Source: Pirellulales bacterium (GTDB lineage Bacteria; Planctomycetota; Planctomycetia; Pirellulales; PALSA-1355). Taken from it: 64,000 nucleotides of DNA. Within the stretch, counting starts at the first letter, position 1. Each line of letters starts with the position of its first letter. The DNA is taken from the NCBI GenBank assembly GCA_963733035.1, contig CAVTBU010000007.1, positions 224,001 through 288,000 of the forward strand, in the 5' to 3' direction. The notes below the pieces were generated by a model. It ran no database searches. It was given only the letters and a program-made list of their open reading frames with translations, and was not told where the DNA came from. Shown in pieces: positions 62,201-64,000 of this stretch. The translations under genes were made by a program, and so were the position numbers.

Positions 62201-64000
62201 ACGTGGCCTTGGCGCCAGTCTCCAGGTAAGTCTGTCCGATCCGACACCTCGCCCGCCGGTGCAGTTCGAGCCCGTAGCCACGGTGACGGGCCGCATCGTG
62301 ACTGCGCAGGGGGAGCCGAATTCGTGGAGCAACATCGACGTGCAGAGCGTTGGCGATTCGCCCGCAATCGTCTTCAACAGCGTCGATACGGACCGGGATG
62401 GCTACTTTAAGCTGCAACTCGTGGCCACACCCACGCCCTACCGAATTCGTTCACTCAACGTTCGCGGGGCACTCGTCGAAGCACTAATAGTCGCGCCCGG
62501 CGAAACCATCGACCTTGGCACCATCGACGGCACGTCCCAAGACCGGCCCCCCATCAAACGCACGCCCGCTGCCGCCAAGGCCGATTCGCCTGCGGTTGAA
62601 ACCTCGGCAGACGCAGATAATGCCCAAGCGAGCAAGCCCGATGCATTCGAATTTGCCGGCAAGGTCGTCGGGACGGACGGAAAACCGGTGGCCGGGGCAA
62701 AGGTGTTCGTCATCTATTACACCCCGACGCACATCGAGACTAAGCCTCGTGCCACATCGACCGCCGACGGCAGATTCGCCTTCACCATGAGCAAGCGAGA
62801 GTTCGATCAGGGTGAAAAGGCGGCTCCTTGGCAGTGGGCGTTTGTCGTGGCCACGGCGCCCGGCTTTGGGCTCGGGTGGGTTTTGGCGGCGGGCGTGGAA
62901 ACTCGCGGAGAAATACTCGAGGCCTTAAAAGCCACCCCCAACTACAACCCCGAACCGTCCATCATCTCGCTGGACTCGACGATTCGCCTCGTTGCTGACG
63001 ACGTGCCGATCGAAGGCCGTATTCTGAATTTGGAAGGCCAGCCCGTCGTCGGTGCCCGCGTGCAGGCCATCGAATTGCACGGCAATCCGCAAAACAGTTT
63101 GGACGCCTGGGTCGCCGCGGCACAGGATAAATCGGCCGATGAGTACGAGGTGACTCGGAACCTTTGGGGCGGCTTCGGCGGACTGCACCTGCGGCACTGG
63201 GTTTCGCAACTGTTTCCACCGGTAGTCAGCGACGCCGAAGGGCGATTTCGTATCGATGGGGTGGGACGCGAACGAATCGCCATGCTCCAGATTGAGCGGC
63301 AGGGATTCGAAACCCGACAACTCAACGTTCTCACTCGTCCCGGCCCGACGTACGAATTACTCAAGTACCGGCGCGACCCGAACCTGGGCACCACGGCATA
63401 TTACGGCGCGAAGTTCGATGTCGTGGTCGGTCCTTCGCGCGACGTCGTCGGCATGGTGCGCGATCTCGACACCGGCGAGCCGCTGGCCGGAGCGACGATC
63501 GCCGCCGACAAGTTGGCCGGCAATCCGACTAGCGGCATTTTCAATTCCTACATCCGCACGACTTCTGACGGCGAGGGAAGCTACCGATTGTCAGGGCTGC
63601 CGATTGGCGAAAACCGTATCCGGGCGTTGCCGCCGGCCGACCAGCCGTACCTTCCGGCGAGTGACAATGTTGAGGTAAGGCTCGACCGCGAGCAGGAGAC
63701 GGTCGACCTCAAGTCAAAGCGCGGCGTTTGGCTGCGGGGCCGCGTGACCGACGCCGCGAGCGGCAAGCCGCTGCCCGCCAACGTCCAGTACTTTGCATTT
63801 CGCGACAATCCGAGTGCCGGCTCGCTCCCCATCGGACAGTTGCGGCCCGTCATCACCAATGCAGATGGCAAATTCGCCATCTGCGGGCTGCCTGGCCGTG
63901 GCATTCTCGGGGTGACTCTGCAGGTCTCCGAGAAGTACCCACGCGGGGTTGGAGCGGAAAAGATCATCGACGGCCGCGACGAGAACTCCGGCGTCAATTC
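53248..64000 (+). CDS. Giant BlaR1/M56 peptidase-domain protein with tandem carboxypeptidase-regulatory-like modules (frameshift at ~55653; 3'-truncated by window edge)
   Basis: TM helices, HELAH and EDVCDD in 53248-55770. After a -1 shift the protein-like reading continues (GAGSLRVLCPNDQY...); the ORF track reports no terminated ORF in that frame, and spot translations to 64000 show the repeated motifs. Confidence 0.88.
54589..64000 (+). repeat. At least five ~2.0-kb protein-level repeats within the giant ORF
   Basis: Module starts at ~54589, 56541, 58605, 60630, 62646; recurring GxVxxxDGKP, GRIxxLEGxP, G(L/I)PGRG, YPxGxG, GETIDLG. Confidence 0.85.

Overview
GC-rich bacterial chromosomal window, most consistent with a planctomycete (inferred from the gene families present). 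No rRNA, tRNA, CRISPR array or transposase was recognised. Gene order: partial serpin, FAD oxidoreductase, argG, purD; a suf operon (SufR-like, a lone nuoB, sufC, sufB, sufD, Rieske ferredoxin, SufT/DUF59); three methanofuran-type C1-cofactor genes (MfnD/F/E-like); sulfatase, zwf, SpoIIAA-like; a TIGR03032-TPR-GT41 fusion followed by a 158-bp MITE-like element; MBL hydrolase, mnmG; an HTH response regulator and HDOD-like histidine kinase; two secreted VTTYYAP-repeat proteins; five paralogous ~430-450 aa exported proteins with a pseudopilin-like C-terminus around an ECF sigma/putative anti-sigma pair; HEAT-repeat and hypothetical proteins; LysR divergent from aceB-aceA; serine hydrolase, sulfatase; JmjC-GNAT-YbdK-M20; and a BlaI repressor with a giant (>3500 aa, open at the window end) BlaR1/M56 protein carrying at least five ~670-aa repeats. 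Nine apparent frameshifts all fall at GCGC, which suggests motif-specific (possibly methylation-linked) sequencing errors rather than pseudogenes. All calls come from reading motifs by eye; no database searches were run.
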